Below, one piece after another: positions 27,531-36,099 of a stretch of 39,954 bases of DNA. Source of the DNA: a virus (Duplodnaviria; Caudoviricetes). Under the pieces are notes generated by a model, which made no database searches, was not told the origin of the DNA, and worked only from the letters and a program-made list of their open reading frames with translations. The stretch is from the IMG/VR virus record IMGVR_UViG_3300032321_000245, positions 1 through 39,954 of that record. One strand, given 5' to 3'. The translations under genes were made by a program, and so were the position numbers. The first letter of the stretch is position 1, and the number at the start of each line of letters is the position of its first letter.

Positions 27531-28536
27531 AGCATATCTAAGCAAGTCAGTAGAGAAGACACGTAAACAAGCATGGGTACAAGCAGGCACTGCGGTAAAC
27601 GCAGGGTCTGCATCAGAAGCAGCACGACAGGCTGGACTAGACTGGAATGTAATGCTTGCAGATATGGAAGCAATTGTTTCCAACAAAGTCAATGAGTATG
27701 AGACAGTGACTGACCACTATCCAGTACCTAAACGACAGGCTGTTATCAAACTTGGTAAAGAAAATACCAATGAAGTTATAGGTGTAGTCGGTGACAAGTA
27801 CAAGATTGTGCAGAACATGGAAGTGTTCTCTGCACTAGATACATTGGTTGACTCAGGTGATGCTCGTTATACAGCAGCAGGTGAGTACAACAATGGTGCA
27901 AACATCTGGATGGTAATGGAATTACCTATAGGTGTACAAGTAGCCAACGACCCACACGCTGCATTCTTATTGGTGCAGTCATCACATGATGGTTCATGTG
28001 CAGTACGCATACGTCCTATCATTGAGCGTTTATTCTGCGCTAATCAAATCAATCGCATCATCAAAGGTAAGCATAAGAACGCTTACACCTATGTTATGAA
28101 GCACACTACAAACTCTGAGTTGTCAGTCAATGACATTCGTAACATTACTCAGTTAACTTATGATTCTATTCAACAGTATGAAGTAGTAGCAGGTACGTTA
28201 CTAAAACGTAAGGTTGATGAGCGTCAAGTTAAAAACATCTTCAAGTCTGTATGGTCATTACCATCAGAAGTAGAAGATGCACCCGACCATCTATTATCAC
28301 AAGGTCAACGCCGTCAACGTACCATTGCACTTAATGGACGTGACTCAGCATGGAATATTTACAGCCAGTCACCTACACAGGAGAACATCAGAGGCACAGC
28401 CTTTGGTGCATGGCAAGCAGTCATTGAACATGCTGACCATTATGCTTCTGGTGGCTCTGACCGCCGTGCAATTGCCACCATCAGCGGACGTAATGACCGC
28501 ATCAAGGACAAAGCCCTTGACTTAATCCTCGCATAA
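27517..28536 (+). CDS. DUF932 family phage/plasmid protein
   Basis: AGLDWNV, YKIVQN, SSHDGS, RLFCANQ, GTAFGAWQAVIEHADH motifs. Confidence 0.88.
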   Translation: MQLSEAYLSKSVEKTRKQAWVQAGTAVNAGSASEAARQAGLDWNVMLADMEAIVSNKVNEYETVTDHYPVPKRQAVIKLGKENTNEVIGVVGDKYKIVQNMEVFSALDTLVDSGDARYTAAGEYNNGANIWMVMELPIGVQVANDPHAAFLLVQSSHDGSCAVRIRPIIERLFCANQINRIIKGKHKNAYTYVMKHTTNSELSVNDIRNITQLTYDSIQQYEVVAGTLLKRKVDERQVKNIFKSVWSLPSEVEDAPDHLLSQGQRRQRTIALNGRDSAWNIYSQSPTQENIRGTAFGAWQAVIEHADHYASGGSDRRAIATISGRNDRIKDKALDLILA

Positions 28537-28564
28537 CTTATATAATTAACTTCTTATTATATAA
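28517..28564 (+). promoter_or_regulatory. Housekeeping-sigma promoter overlapped by a palindromic operator-like site
   Basis: TTGACT (28517) - 18 nt - TATAAT (28541); inverted repeat CTTATATAAT...ATTATATAAG overlaps the -10 and start region. Confidence 0.65.
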
Positions 28565-28573
28565 GGGACGTTT

Positions 28574-28608
28574 CACTGGGTTGTCCCGCCAGTGGCGAAC
28601 ACGGGACA
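28574..28608 (+). promoter_or_regulatory. H-type pseudoknot in 5' leader
   Basis: Stem 1 CACTGG/CCAGTG; stem 2 TGTCCCG/CGGGACA; loops of 2, 0 and 7 nt. Confidence 0.6.
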
Positions 28609-28631
28609 CACACAAACAACGAGAGGGAAAC

Positions 28632-29045
28632 ATGAACACAATCCAAGTAGTAAACTCAGTAGGACAAACAGTGAACTACACTGAATCTGAAATCAAAATG
28701 ATTATAGATAACGGGGTTAGAAGTGCAGAGAGTTGCGTCCAACTCAGTGACAAAGTTAAAGATATTAAATACAAAGTCCGTGACTTTTTCAGTGAAGGTG
28801 AATGGCAAGATGGTGAAACAACAATCAGTAAAGGTGACGTCAACCTATTACTTGAATCCATCGGATGCAATAAACTTACAACACAATACAGTGGAACATT
28901 TACTATCACAGGTTCATTCACTGTAGAAGCAGAAGAAGAAGAAGAAGCAGAGTCCATGTTTACAGATAATGTAGATGTATCATTCAATGATGGTGACTAT
29001 ACTGTAGACCAAGTAGAAGTACACGACTTAGAAGAGGACAACTAA
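28632..29045 (+). CDS. Acidic hypothetical protein
   Basis: GAGAGGG RBS before the ATG at 28632 (MNTIQVV). Confidence 0.75.
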   Translation: MNTIQVVNSVGQTVNYTESEIKMIIDNGVRSAESCVQLSDKVKDIKYKVRDFFSEGEWQDGETTISKGDVNLLLESIGCNKLTTQYSGTFTITGSFTVEAEEEEEAESMFTDNVDVSFNDGDYTVDQVEVHDLEEDN

Positions 29046-29140
29046 TGAGTAAAGAACTGCAAGATTCATTAGACCGTATGGCTGAAGCAGCACAAGTAGT
29101 ACTCGATGAAGTACTACAAAAAATAGAAGAAGATAAATAA
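29045..29140 (+). CDS. Micro-protein (31 aa)
   Basis: MSKELQDSLDRMAEAAQVVLDEVLQKIEEDK; TAATG overlaps at both ends. Confidence 0.65.
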   Translation: MSKELQDSLDRMAEAAQVVLDEVLQKIEEDK

Positions 29141-29520
29141 TGGCAGAGTACGTACCTTACAAACCATACAACGGTACTGCTGGCTGGTCAGGTACAGATA
29201 CGTCTCAGCAGAGAGCGCTAGATAATATCCACTCTGGTCGGGAAGAAAACAACCAGCAGTTAGCGTTACGCATATTAAAAAACAGAGGCACTGAAGGTGC
29301 TACATGGAAAGAGTTAGCCATTGACACAGGCTGGCATCATGGCACAGCAAGCGGTGTACTATCAGTACTACACCAGTCAGGTGCAATCGTAAGATTGTAT
29401 GCTGCACGCAATAGATGTAAGATTTATGTACATCAAAACTTTAAAGACCAAGTTAAACATGTGACGTATAAGAAACGAGAAAAACTTTGTCCGCATTGCG
29501 GGCATGACATCAATGCATAG
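29140..29520 (+). CDS. Winged-helix DNA-binding protein with C-terminal CPHCG
   Basis: GATWKELAIDTGWHHGTASGVLSVLHQSGAI HTH pattern. Confidence 0.7.
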   Translation: MAEYVPYKPYNGTAGWSGTDTSQQRALDNIHSGREENNQQLALRILKNRGTEGATWKELAIDTGWHHGTASGVLSVLHQSGAIVRLYAARNRCKIYVHQNFKDQVKHVTYKKREKLCPHCGHDINA

Positions 29521-29530
29521 CCGTCACGTA

Positions 29531-29596
29531 TGCTATGATGGGGACAATCAGTGGGCGGTAGGTTTTGGCTCTCTCCTTGTCCTACCCCCACTGGTT
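29531..29596 (+). promoter_or_regulatory. Extended -10 promoter followed by a hairpin presenting an anti-SD loop
   Basis: TGcTATGAT at 29531-29539; 16-bp stem 29546-29596 with loop TTTTGGCTCTCTCCTTGT. Confidence 0.6.
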
Positions 29597-29615
29597 ACTT
29601 AATCAAAGGAGAAGT

Positions 29616-30386
29616 ATGTCAGAAGTAGAAGTACCCAGAGATAGATACGGTAGACCTATGGTTGTTCCACCTAAAGGTGGTAAGCCAGTAGCCTACACAC
29701 GCACTACTACAGTTGCAGGTTCATTAGATGATGGCACTGCACTAGTGGCATGGAAGTTACGCATGGCAGCAGCAGGTTTAACACTACGTCCTGACTTATT
29801 ACTTGCAGCCAGTGCTGTAAGAGAAAACAAATTAGAGATGGATAAGTTAGTTGAAGATGCAATGGAAGCAGCAGGTGCTACTAAGCAAGCAACCATAGGC
29901 ACAGCCATACATACACTTACAGAAAAACATGACAGAGGTATAGACTTAGGTGTAATCCCTGAGGATTATGTTGCTGACATACAAGCATATGATGCCGCAA
30001 CTAAAGGCTTTGAAAATGTTTTTATCGAGCAGTTTTGTGTACTGGATAAGTTCAAGATTGCAGGTACACCTGACCGAGTAGTCAGATACAAAGGCGAGTT
30101 GTTTATCTCTGACCTAAAAACTGGTAGTATTTCCTACCCAAATAAAATTGCTATGCAGTTAGCGGTGTATGCAAACGGCTTGCCGTATGACCCCGCTACC
30201 GCAAGCCGTTCGGTATGGGGAGATGTTAATAAAGATAAAGGAATCATTGTCCATTTGCCAGCAGGCAGTGGCGAATGCACACTACATTTTGTTGACATCA
30301 AAGAAGGATGGAAAGGTATTCAATTAGCAATGAAGGTACGCGCCTTCAGAGATACCAAAAAGAAATTGGTAGAGAAACTTACTTGA
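29616..30386 (+). CDS. PD-(D/E)XK exonuclease (RecB/Cas4-like)
   Basis: GTAIHTLTE, AGTPDR, SDLKTG, MQLAVYA motifs; start MSEVEVPRDRYGRP. Confidence 0.85.
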   Translation: MSEVEVPRDRYGRPMVVPPKGGKPVAYTRTTTVAGSLDDGTALVAWKLRMAAAGLTLRPDLLLAASAVRENKLEMDKLVEDAMEAAGATKQATIGTAIHTLTEKHDRGIDLGVIPEDYVADIQAYDAATKGFENVFIEQFCVLDKFKIAGTPDRVVRYKGELFISDLKTGSISYPNKIAMQLAVYANGLPYDPATASRSVWGDVNKDKGIIVHLPAGSGECTLHFVDIKEGWKGIQLAMKVRAFRDTKKKLVEKLT

Positions 30387-30532
30387 AGTTATGCACTAGT
30401 TGCATTAGCACAGATGTTATACTCTATCAGTACGTTGAAACGGATACAGAATATGTATGCCGTTCTTGCGGGGTAATTACCACTATCAAGGAGAAACATG
30501 CACACAGAAGCACCAATCAGTATCACCGTTAA
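30383..30532 (+). CDS. Zinc-ribbon micro-protein
   Basis: TTG start overlapping the exonuclease stop; CTSC...CRSC. Confidence 0.5.
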   Translation: MKLCTSCISTDVILYQYVETDTEYVCRSCGVITTIKEKHAHRSTNQYHR

Positions 30533-30968
30533 ATCACCAGCAGGTTCATTGGTTACAGTTCGTGCGTCTAACGCAGAAGAACTGGACCAGACAGTAGCGC
30601 TAACACTTGCATCACTAGCATCTGCAACTGCAGAACTAGAAGCAGCAGTACGAGGTACTGCACCAGTTAACACAGCAGTACCAAACAACCCAGTAGTGGG
30701 TATGTTGGCTACACAATTAGGTGGAAGTGTATTGCCAGATACACCAATGCAATCAGGACCACCAGCATTTGTATCTCCAGGTGTAGGTGCACGTCAGTGC
30801 CCTCACGGTACAATGACACGCATCCACGGTTTGACAGGTAAGTTTGGTCCATACAAAGGACACTTCTGCCCTGCTAAGCAAGGAGACATGACTAAGTGCA
30901 CAACAATTTATGTTAAGGCAGGCTCACCAGAGTTTGCTACATTTACAGCCGACCAAACAAAGGCATAA
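30498..30968 (+). CDS. Replication-module hypothetical protein with C-terminal Cys/His motif
   Basis: AAGGAG RBS; CPHG...HFCP...C; lies between exonuclease and helicase. Confidence 0.8.
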   Translation: MHTEAPISITVKSPAGSLVTVRASNAEELDQTVALTLASLASATAELEAAVRGTAPVNTAVPNNPVVGMLATQLGGSVLPDTPMQSGPPAFVSPGVGARQCPHGTMTRIHGLTGKFGPYKGHFCPAKQGDMTKCTTIYVKAGSPEFATFTADQTKA

Positions 30969-30969
30969 C

Positions 30970-31071
30970 ATGGAATTATGTATAGTCTGCAATGAAGACG
31001 CAGACTTTATATTAATTGACGGCGGTTATTACTACTGTTTCCAATGTATCCATGATGGAAAGGCGCAATGA
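30970..31071 (+). CDS. Zinc-finger micro-protein (33 aa)
   Basis: MELCIVCNEDADFILIDGGYYYCFQCIHDGKAQ; ATGA overlap with the helicase gene. Confidence 0.6.
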   Translation: MELCIVCNEDADFILIDGGYYYCFQCIHDGKAQ

Positions 31072-31883
31072 AAACACTACGCCGTAGTATCGGTAAGCCA
31101 GAGGTGGGGGGAGAACCATTACCCCCACCTTTTCAGGCTTTCCAACGTGAAGGTATCATCCTGCGTAGAGCAGAAGTTACAGTCATAGCAGGTACTCCAG
31201 GCGCAGGTAAGTCATCTATTGCATTGCATATCGCAGCAAGACTGAAACAACCAACACTTTACTTCTCTGCCGATACCAATGCACATACAATGGCAATGCG
31301 TTTGCTTGCTATGAAAGCCAAGATAACTCAGCAAGATGCTGAGTACATGATTAAGACCAAGCCAGAAACAGCAGAACATTATCTGCGTGAGTTTTCTGGT
31401 ATGTACTGGTCGTTTGAACCTAGCCCTACACTAAAAGATTTAGATGAAGAAGTATCAGCATTTGAAACTATGTGGGGCAGAAGCCCTACTCTTATAGTTG
31501 TAGATAATCTTATGGACATAGCCATTGATGGACATGAAGAGTTTGCAGGTATGCGTGCAGTTATGAAAGAGTTAAAGTATTTAGCACGTGATACCAATGC
31601 AGCAGTACTAGTCTTACACCATACCCAAGAAGGAGCACAAGGTTATCCTTGTCAGCCACGTTCAGCACTACAAGGTAAGGTTGCACAGATACCAGCAATG
31701 GTACTTACAGTAGGTCAGATGATACATGGAGTAGACACATACTTGTGTGTAGCCCCAGTTAAAAATCGTTATGGTAAGGCTGACCCAACAGGGGCAACTT
31801 ACCTTACGCTATCATTTGACCCAGCCAAAATGCATCTGGAAGATGTAGTCCGAGATAGCACACAGATGGAGATGAAAGTATAA
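31068..31883 (+). CDS. DnaB/RecA-fold ATPase (helicase-like, catalytic domain only)
   Basis: Walker A GTPGAGKS, Walker B IVVDNL, ELKYLAR, VKNRYG. Confidence 0.85.
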   Translation: MKTLRRSIGKPEVGGEPLPPPFQAFQREGIILRRAEVTVIAGTPGAGKSSIALHIAARLKQPTLYFSADTNAHTMAMRLLAMKAKITQQDAEYMIKTKPETAEHYLREFSGMYWSFEPSPTLKDLDEEVSAFETMWGRSPTLIVVDNLMDIAIDGHEEFAGMRAVMKELKYLARDTNAAVLVLHHTQEGAQGYPCQPRSALQGKVAQIPAMVLTVGQMIHGVDTYLCVAPVKNRYGKADPTGATYLTLSFDPAKMHLEDVVRDSTQMEMKV

Positions 31884-32026
31884 TGCCAAAGTATAGAGTT
31901 ACATACTCACAATATAAAGTTAAAGTTATCCGTGCTTCTTCATTAGCAATAGCAGAAGAACGTGCAAAGAAAGCAGAGACAGGACGTTGGGAACTAACAG
32001 AAGTTAGAGACGAACCTAACGAATGA
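31883..32026 (+). CDS. Micro-protein (47 aa)
   Basis: MPKYRVTYSQYKVKVIRASS...; coupled at both ends. Confidence 0.65.
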   Translation: MPKYRVTYSQYKVKVIRASSLAIAEERAKKAETGRWELTEVRDEPNE

Positions 32027-32373
32027 GTAGTGCAGCCAAAGCCAAAGGCTCAGGAGCAGAACGAGATGTAGTTAAGTATCTCAAAGAATGGTTTCCTTAT
32101 GTAGATAGGCGATTGGCTGGTGCTACGTTAGACAAAGGTGACATCTCAGGTATACCTGGAGTTACAATTGAAATCAAAAACCACGCGACAATGAAGTTGT
32201 CAGAGTGGACAGAAGAGTTGATAGTCGAGATGGCTAACGACAAGGCATGGACAGGCGTGGTGTGGCATAAGCGCAAGGGTAGGGGAAGTCCTGGCGATTG
32301 GTATTGCACCATGCCTGCTCATGTATGGGTAGACTTACTAAGGAGAGCACTAAAAAATGAAAGTAAAATGTAA
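32023..32373 (+). CDS. Holliday junction resolvase (Hjc-like PD-(D/E)XK)
   Basis: KAKGSGAERDV, DKGDI, IEIKN motifs. Confidence 0.8.
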   Translation: MSSAAKAKGSGAERDVVKYLKEWFPYVDRRLAGATLDKGDISGIPGVTIEIKNHATMKLSEWTEELIVEMANDKAWTGVVWHKRKGRGSPGDWYCTMPAHVWVDLLRRALKNESKM

Positions 32374-32464
32374 TTGGTGCACAGCAAAACTTGATGATGA
32401 ATACTTAGAAGATGTTTGCCCTAAGTGTGACCAGATAGGTTACCTTATGGATATAAATGGATAA
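32357..32464 (+). CDS. Zinc-ribbon micro-protein (35 aa)
   Basis: MKVKCNWC...CPKCDQIGYL; AAGGAG RBS. Confidence 0.6.
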   Translation: MKVKCNWCTAKLDDEYLEDVCPKCDQIGYLMDING

Positions 32465-32834
32465 GCCAAGCATTGAAGAGTATCTTCATTACATAGGCGC
32501 AGCCACCCCAGCAATGGGTGGTGGCTGGCGCAAGATGAAGTGTCCATTTCATAACGACAGTCATGCATCAGCAGCAGTTAACTATGATAAGAATGCTTTT
32601 ATCTGCCACGGATGTGGCGTAAAGGGTGATGTATATTCCCTAATAATGTACAAAGAAGGTGGTGATTATCGTGAGGCTCTCAAGTTTGCAGCGTCAGTTC
32701 TTACTACAGGCAACACAGAGATACGCGAGCAAGATAGAACTCGCAAGGGATTATCTATTAAGCCGTCATCTCTCGGTAGAAGAGGCAAACACATTTCACT
32801 TGGGGGTGGTAGAAGACCCACTTCCAGGACATGA
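32457..32834 (+). CDS. Primase zinc-binding domain (CHC2) protein
   Basis: CPFHND...FICHGCG.KGD motif. Confidence 0.85.
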   Translation: MDKPSIEEYLHYIGAATPAMGGGWRKMKCPFHNDSHASAAVNYDKNAFICHGCGVKGDVYSLIMYKEGGDYREALKFAASVLTTGNTEIREQDRTRKGLSIKPSSLGRRGKHISLGGGRRPTSRT

Positions 32835-33306
32835 GGCGTACAAAGGACGCCTTGCTATTCCATACATTACACCATCAGGTGTAGTTGATATTAGATTCCG
32901 TGCAATGGGTAACGAAGACCCTAAGTATATGGGATTAGTTGGTGCTAAAACTACTATGTTTAACACACAGGCTTGCTTTGTAGCAGATAAATATATTTGC
33001 GTAACCGAAGGTGAGTTTGATTGTATTATGATGTCAGTTAAAACTATGCATCCAACTATAGGTATTCCAGGTGCTAACAATTGGAAGCCACATTACGCTA
33101 AGATACTAGATGACTTTGATGTTGTTATAGTTCTTGCTGACGGAGACCCAGCAGGTCTTGAGTTTGGCAAGAAGATTAGTAGAGAACTAGGTAATGTAAA
33201 CATTATCTCTATGCCAGATGGCGAAGACGTAAACAGCATGATGATAAAGATGGGGAGTGAATGGCTTGACGGACGAATCAAAGAATGTGTTACCCCTGGA
33301 CAGTAA
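32671..33306 (+). CDS. DNA primase TOPRIM domain protein
   Basis: RLAIPY, FRA...PKY, VTEGEFD, DGDPAG, DVN motifs; probable GTG start at 32671. Confidence 0.88.
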   Translation: MRLSSLQRQFLLQATQRYASKIELARDYLLSRHLSVEEANTFHLGVVEDPLPGHEAYKGRLAIPYITPSGVVDIRFRAMGNEDPKYMGLVGAKTTMFNTQACFVADKYICVTEGEFDCIMMSVKTMHPTIGIPGANNWKPHYAKILDDFDVVIVLADGDPAGLEFGKKISRELGNVNIISMPDGEDVNSMMIKMGSEWLDGRIKECVTPGQ

Positions 33307-33577
33307 GTTCTGGGACTTTGCTAGGACAAGTGAGTTTAGTATTGCAATACCAGTATCAGACAAGAAGTTATTAAATATTGTAGGTGCGCTTGAAGATATA
33401 TACCACACCATAGATACAGACCCAGAAGAATCAAAAGAATGTTTGATTATGTTAGGGGCTATCTTTGTATCCTCTAGTATGGGCAAGGCAGATGAAGTAT
33501 GGGAAGAGTTTGCAGTACGTGAGTCAATGCAGTCCTTTGACCGAGACATTAAGGAGATACTAGATGAAAAACCTTGA
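33257..33577 (+). CDS. Hypothetical protein
   Basis: Fills the gap between primase and the next gene; start may be GTG 33287. Confidence 0.65.
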   Translation: MNGLTDESKNVLPLDSKFWDFARTSEFSIAIPVSDKKLLNIVGALEDIYHTIDTDPEESKECLIMLGAIFVSSSMGKADEVWEEFAVRESMQSFDRDIKEILDEKP

Positions 33578-33905
33578 AGATGCTAAAGGAATTACAATAG
33601 AATTACTTACAATTATGTACAAGAAACACCAAGATTATGGTCCAATGAACATAGCAGGAGCACCAGGCGGTGCTATGAATGGGCTACGTGTACGTATGTA
33701 TGACAAGTTGGCACGGCTATCCCACCTTGGAGATACCGACACGCCCAACTACGAAAGCATAGAAGATACACTGATTGACCTTGCAAACTATGCCATAATC
33801 GGGTTACTAGTCCAACGTGGACAATGGGAAGGTTTACCCAATTTAAATGGCAAAACAAAAACGAGTAGTAGTCCTCAGCGACCTACAAATACCGTATCAA
33901 AATAA
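33564..33905 (+). CDS. Nucleotide modification-associated domain 1 (DUF1599-like) protein
   Basis: KKHQDYG, VRMYDKLARL, ESIEDTLIDLANYAII motifs. Confidence 0.8.
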   Translation: MKNLEDAKGITIELLTIMYKKHQDYGPMNIAGAPGGAMNGLRVRMYDKLARLSHLGDTDTPNYESIEDTLIDLANYAIIGLLVQRGQWEGLPNLNGKTKTSSSPQRPTNTVSK

Positions 33906-34593
33906 CACAGCAGTCCAAGCAACATTAGATTTTATTCAGTATTATAAACCAGATGAACTCTGGTGTGTGGGTGATGAACTAGATGCACCCGAACCTAGCC
34001 GTTGGAACAAAGGCATGGCTGGTGAGTATGCAGAAACATTGCAAGAAAGTATTGATTTAACTCACCAGATTATGCGCAACTATCGCGCAGCGCTAGGTAA
34101 GAAACCATTTTATATTCAACGCAGCAATCACACTGACCGCATAGATACATACATGCGCAAGTATGCACCTGCATTCATGTCACTCAAGTCATTAGAGATT
34201 GAACAGTTACTTGGCTATGACAAGTTAGGTATTACTTACTTGCATAAGATGCATGAGTTGATGCCTGGTTGGGTAATGGCACACGGAGATGAAGGCGCAC
34301 TTAATCGTGCACCAGGTGCTACTGCATTAAACTTAGCAAAACGTTTAGGCAAGTCAGTTGTATGTGGACACACGCATCGCGTGGGCTTGCAGCATGAAAC
34401 AACTGGCTTTTATGGCAAGACACATACACTGTATGGTCTTGAAGTTGGACACATGATGGACATCAAGCAAGCAAGTTACCTTACATCAGGTAGTGCCAAC
34501 TGGCAAACAGGTATTGGTATCCTTGTACAAAATGGTACAAAAGTAACACCATTTGCTGTGCCAATTGTTAATGGTGAGGTAATCATTCCTTAA
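33847..34593 (+). CDS. Calcineurin-like metallophosphoesterase
   Basis: SDLQ, GDELD, SNH, HGD, GHTHR motifs. Confidence 0.88.
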   Translation: MAKQKRVVVLSDLQIPYQNNTAVQATLDFIQYYKPDELWCVGDELDAPEPSRWNKGMAGEYAETLQESIDLTHQIMRNYRAALGKKPFYIQRSNHTDRIDTYMRKYAPAFMSLKSLEIEQLLGYDKLGITYLHKMHELMPGWVMAHGDEGALNRAPGATALNLAKRLGKSVVCGHTHRVGLQHETTGFYGKTHTLYGLEVGHMMDIKQASYLTSGSANWQTGIGILVQNGTKVTPFAVPIVNGEVIIP

Positions 34594-35216
34594 TGAATTA
34601 CATTGAAGATTATAATGATTTAGTACAAACACTTGCTGCAGAATATGCAAGACGCTACACAATGGTGGAGCGTGATGACATAGGGCAAGAGTTGTGGGTA
34701 TGGTTTGCAGGACACCCGCGTAAGTACAAAGAGTGGTCTGAGTTAGAACAAAAAGACCGAGATAAACTTATCGCTAAATCACTACGTAATGCAGCGCTTA
34801 AGTTCTGCGAGAGAGAGAAAGCAAAAAAAATTGGGTACGATATGTCTGATTTGTACTACTATGACGTGTCAGTTATAGAGGTTTTCTTGCCTTCAATCAT
34901 TGGAGAATCCTATGAGATACCTACAAAGATTAAAGATTTAGGTGGAACAGTCAAGACATCTGAGATTTCAGATGGTAACAATTGGTTATCATTAAGGTCT
35001 GACATAGCATCAGGTTACTACAAATTATCTGAAGCAAAACAAAACATATTACGTTTACGATTTAGTATAGAACAACCCGACTGGATATTACTTGCAAAAG
35101 ATATGGACAGCACACCTGATGGTGCACGTATGAAAGTGCAACGTGCAATCAATTCTCTTATAAAAAATTTGGGTGGATGGAGACCACAAACAGATGAGGA
35201 CTCTAGAGTTGAATGA
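34593..35216 (+). CDS. Sigma-70-like RNA polymerase sigma factor
   Basis: Region 2-like VERDDIGQELWVW...LRNAALKF and region 4-like LSEAKQNILRLRF...KVQRAINSL. Confidence 0.7.
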   Translation: MNYIEDYNDLVQTLAAEYARRYTMVERDDIGQELWVWFAGHPRKYKEWSELEQKDRDKLIAKSLRNAALKFCEREKAKKIGYDMSDLYYYDVSVIEVFLPSIIGESYEIPTKIKDLGGTVKTSEISDGNNWLSLRSDIASGYYKLSEAKQNILRLRFSIEQPDWILLAKDMDSTPDGARMKVQRAINSLIKNLGGWRPQTDEDSRVE

Positions 35217-35391
35217 CTTAAGGGGTACACCTACATTTGCATGTATATGTGGTTGTCTTATGTTTGAGATTACTGTTATGTGGGATATGGAAACAAGAGA
35301 AGTTACATGGTATGACCTTGCTCAGAAGTGCAAGGATTGCGGAACTATAACAACAGCACCAACGCCAATGGATTGGAGAGATTGCGAGTAA
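35209..35391 (+). CDS. Cys-rich small protein
   Basis: DLRGTPTFACICG...CKDCG...APTPMD; probable TTG start. Confidence 0.7.
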   Translation: MNDLRGTPTFACICGCLMFEITVMWDMETREVTWYDLAQKCKDCGTITTAPTPMDWRDCE

Positions 35392-35552
35392 TGCCTAAGT
35401 ATGATTTTAAATGCGAACTATGCACTGAGATTATAGAAACAAGTGAGAATGTACCACCAGTATGTACCACTTGTAATGGAACCATGACACGTGTATGGTC
35501 TAGTGTAGCCGTTAAGTTTAACGGCAGTGGATTTTATTCAACAGGAGGATAG
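35391..35552 (+). CDS. FmdB-family zinc-ribbon protein
   Basis: MPKYDFKCELC...CTTC...FNGSGFYST motif. Confidence 0.8.
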   Translation: MPKYDFKCELCTEIIETSENVPPVCTTCNGTMTRVWSSVAVKFNGSGFYSTGG

Positions 35553-35813
35553 ATGTACAAACCTAGTGATACCCCTAATTGTGAATCAACAGACACTAAT
35601 TTATTTTTTGTACCAGATGGAAGTGGTACTTATCCAGAAGTCAAAGCACTTAGAAAGATTTGTGGAGCATGTGTAGTACAAAAAGAATGTCTTGATTATG
35701 CACTTAAGTATAATGTAATGGGTTACTGGGGTAACACTACTGAAAACCAACGCCATAAGATGCGGCGAAGACTTGGTATAGTTTCAATACCAATGTACCT
35801 TACCTACCAATAG
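35553..35813 (+). CDS. whiB: WhiB-family Fe-S transcription factor
   Basis: C...LFF...ICGACVVQKECLDYAL...GYWGNTTENQR; four-Cys WhiB pattern. Confidence 0.9.
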   Translation: MYKPSDTPNCESTDTNLFFVPDGSGTYPEVKALRKICGACVVQKECLDYALKYNVMGYWGNTTENQRHKMRRRLGIVSIPMYLTYQ

Positions 35814-35861
35814 AAAAAAACCCCCGTCAGGTAGGTTAAAGTACCTGAACGGGGGCTTCTT
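35814..35861. terminator. Bidirectional terminator between the convergent arms
   Basis: A7, then CCCCCGTCAGGTA...TACCTGAACGGGGG, then CTTCTT. Confidence 0.85.
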
Positions 35862-35896
35862 GTCTCTATCGGGCTGCTATAGCCCTAAAAAGGGTA

Positions 35897-36082
35897 TTAC
35901 TTTGAACCGCGACCAAAGTCAGCAGCAGATGGGTCTAGCCATTTAAGTACAGGACCAGCCACGCCAGCGAGTGCAGCAGCAGCAAGAGTCTTTGGATTAG
36001 TTTCGCCAGTCATATAGATAGCGACCACGGCAGCAGCCGCAGCACGGAACCAAGATAGTGCTAGTTGTTTGAATTGCTCCAT
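35897..36082 (-). CDS. Putative holin
   Basis: 61 aa, two hydrophobic segments, follows the endolysin; GGAGG RBS. Confidence 0.65.
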   Translation of the reverse strand: MEQFKQLALSWFRAAAAAVVAIYMTGETNPKTLAAAALAGVAGPVLKWLDPSAADFGRGSK

Positions 36083-36099
36083 TGTATCCTCCTAGGGGA

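Noticed and set aside
29565-29615. Upstream extensions in the ORF track (29565, 28581, 10196, 8692, 1040)
   Set aside because: Better starts with an RBS or stop/start overlap lie downstream; most of the extensions run through structured non-coding leaders or the upstream gene.
33564-34593. A DNA hypermodification pathway
   Set aside because: DUF1599-like and phosphoesterase genes are present, but no base-modifying enzyme or dedicated polymerase was recognised, so the evidence is insufficient.
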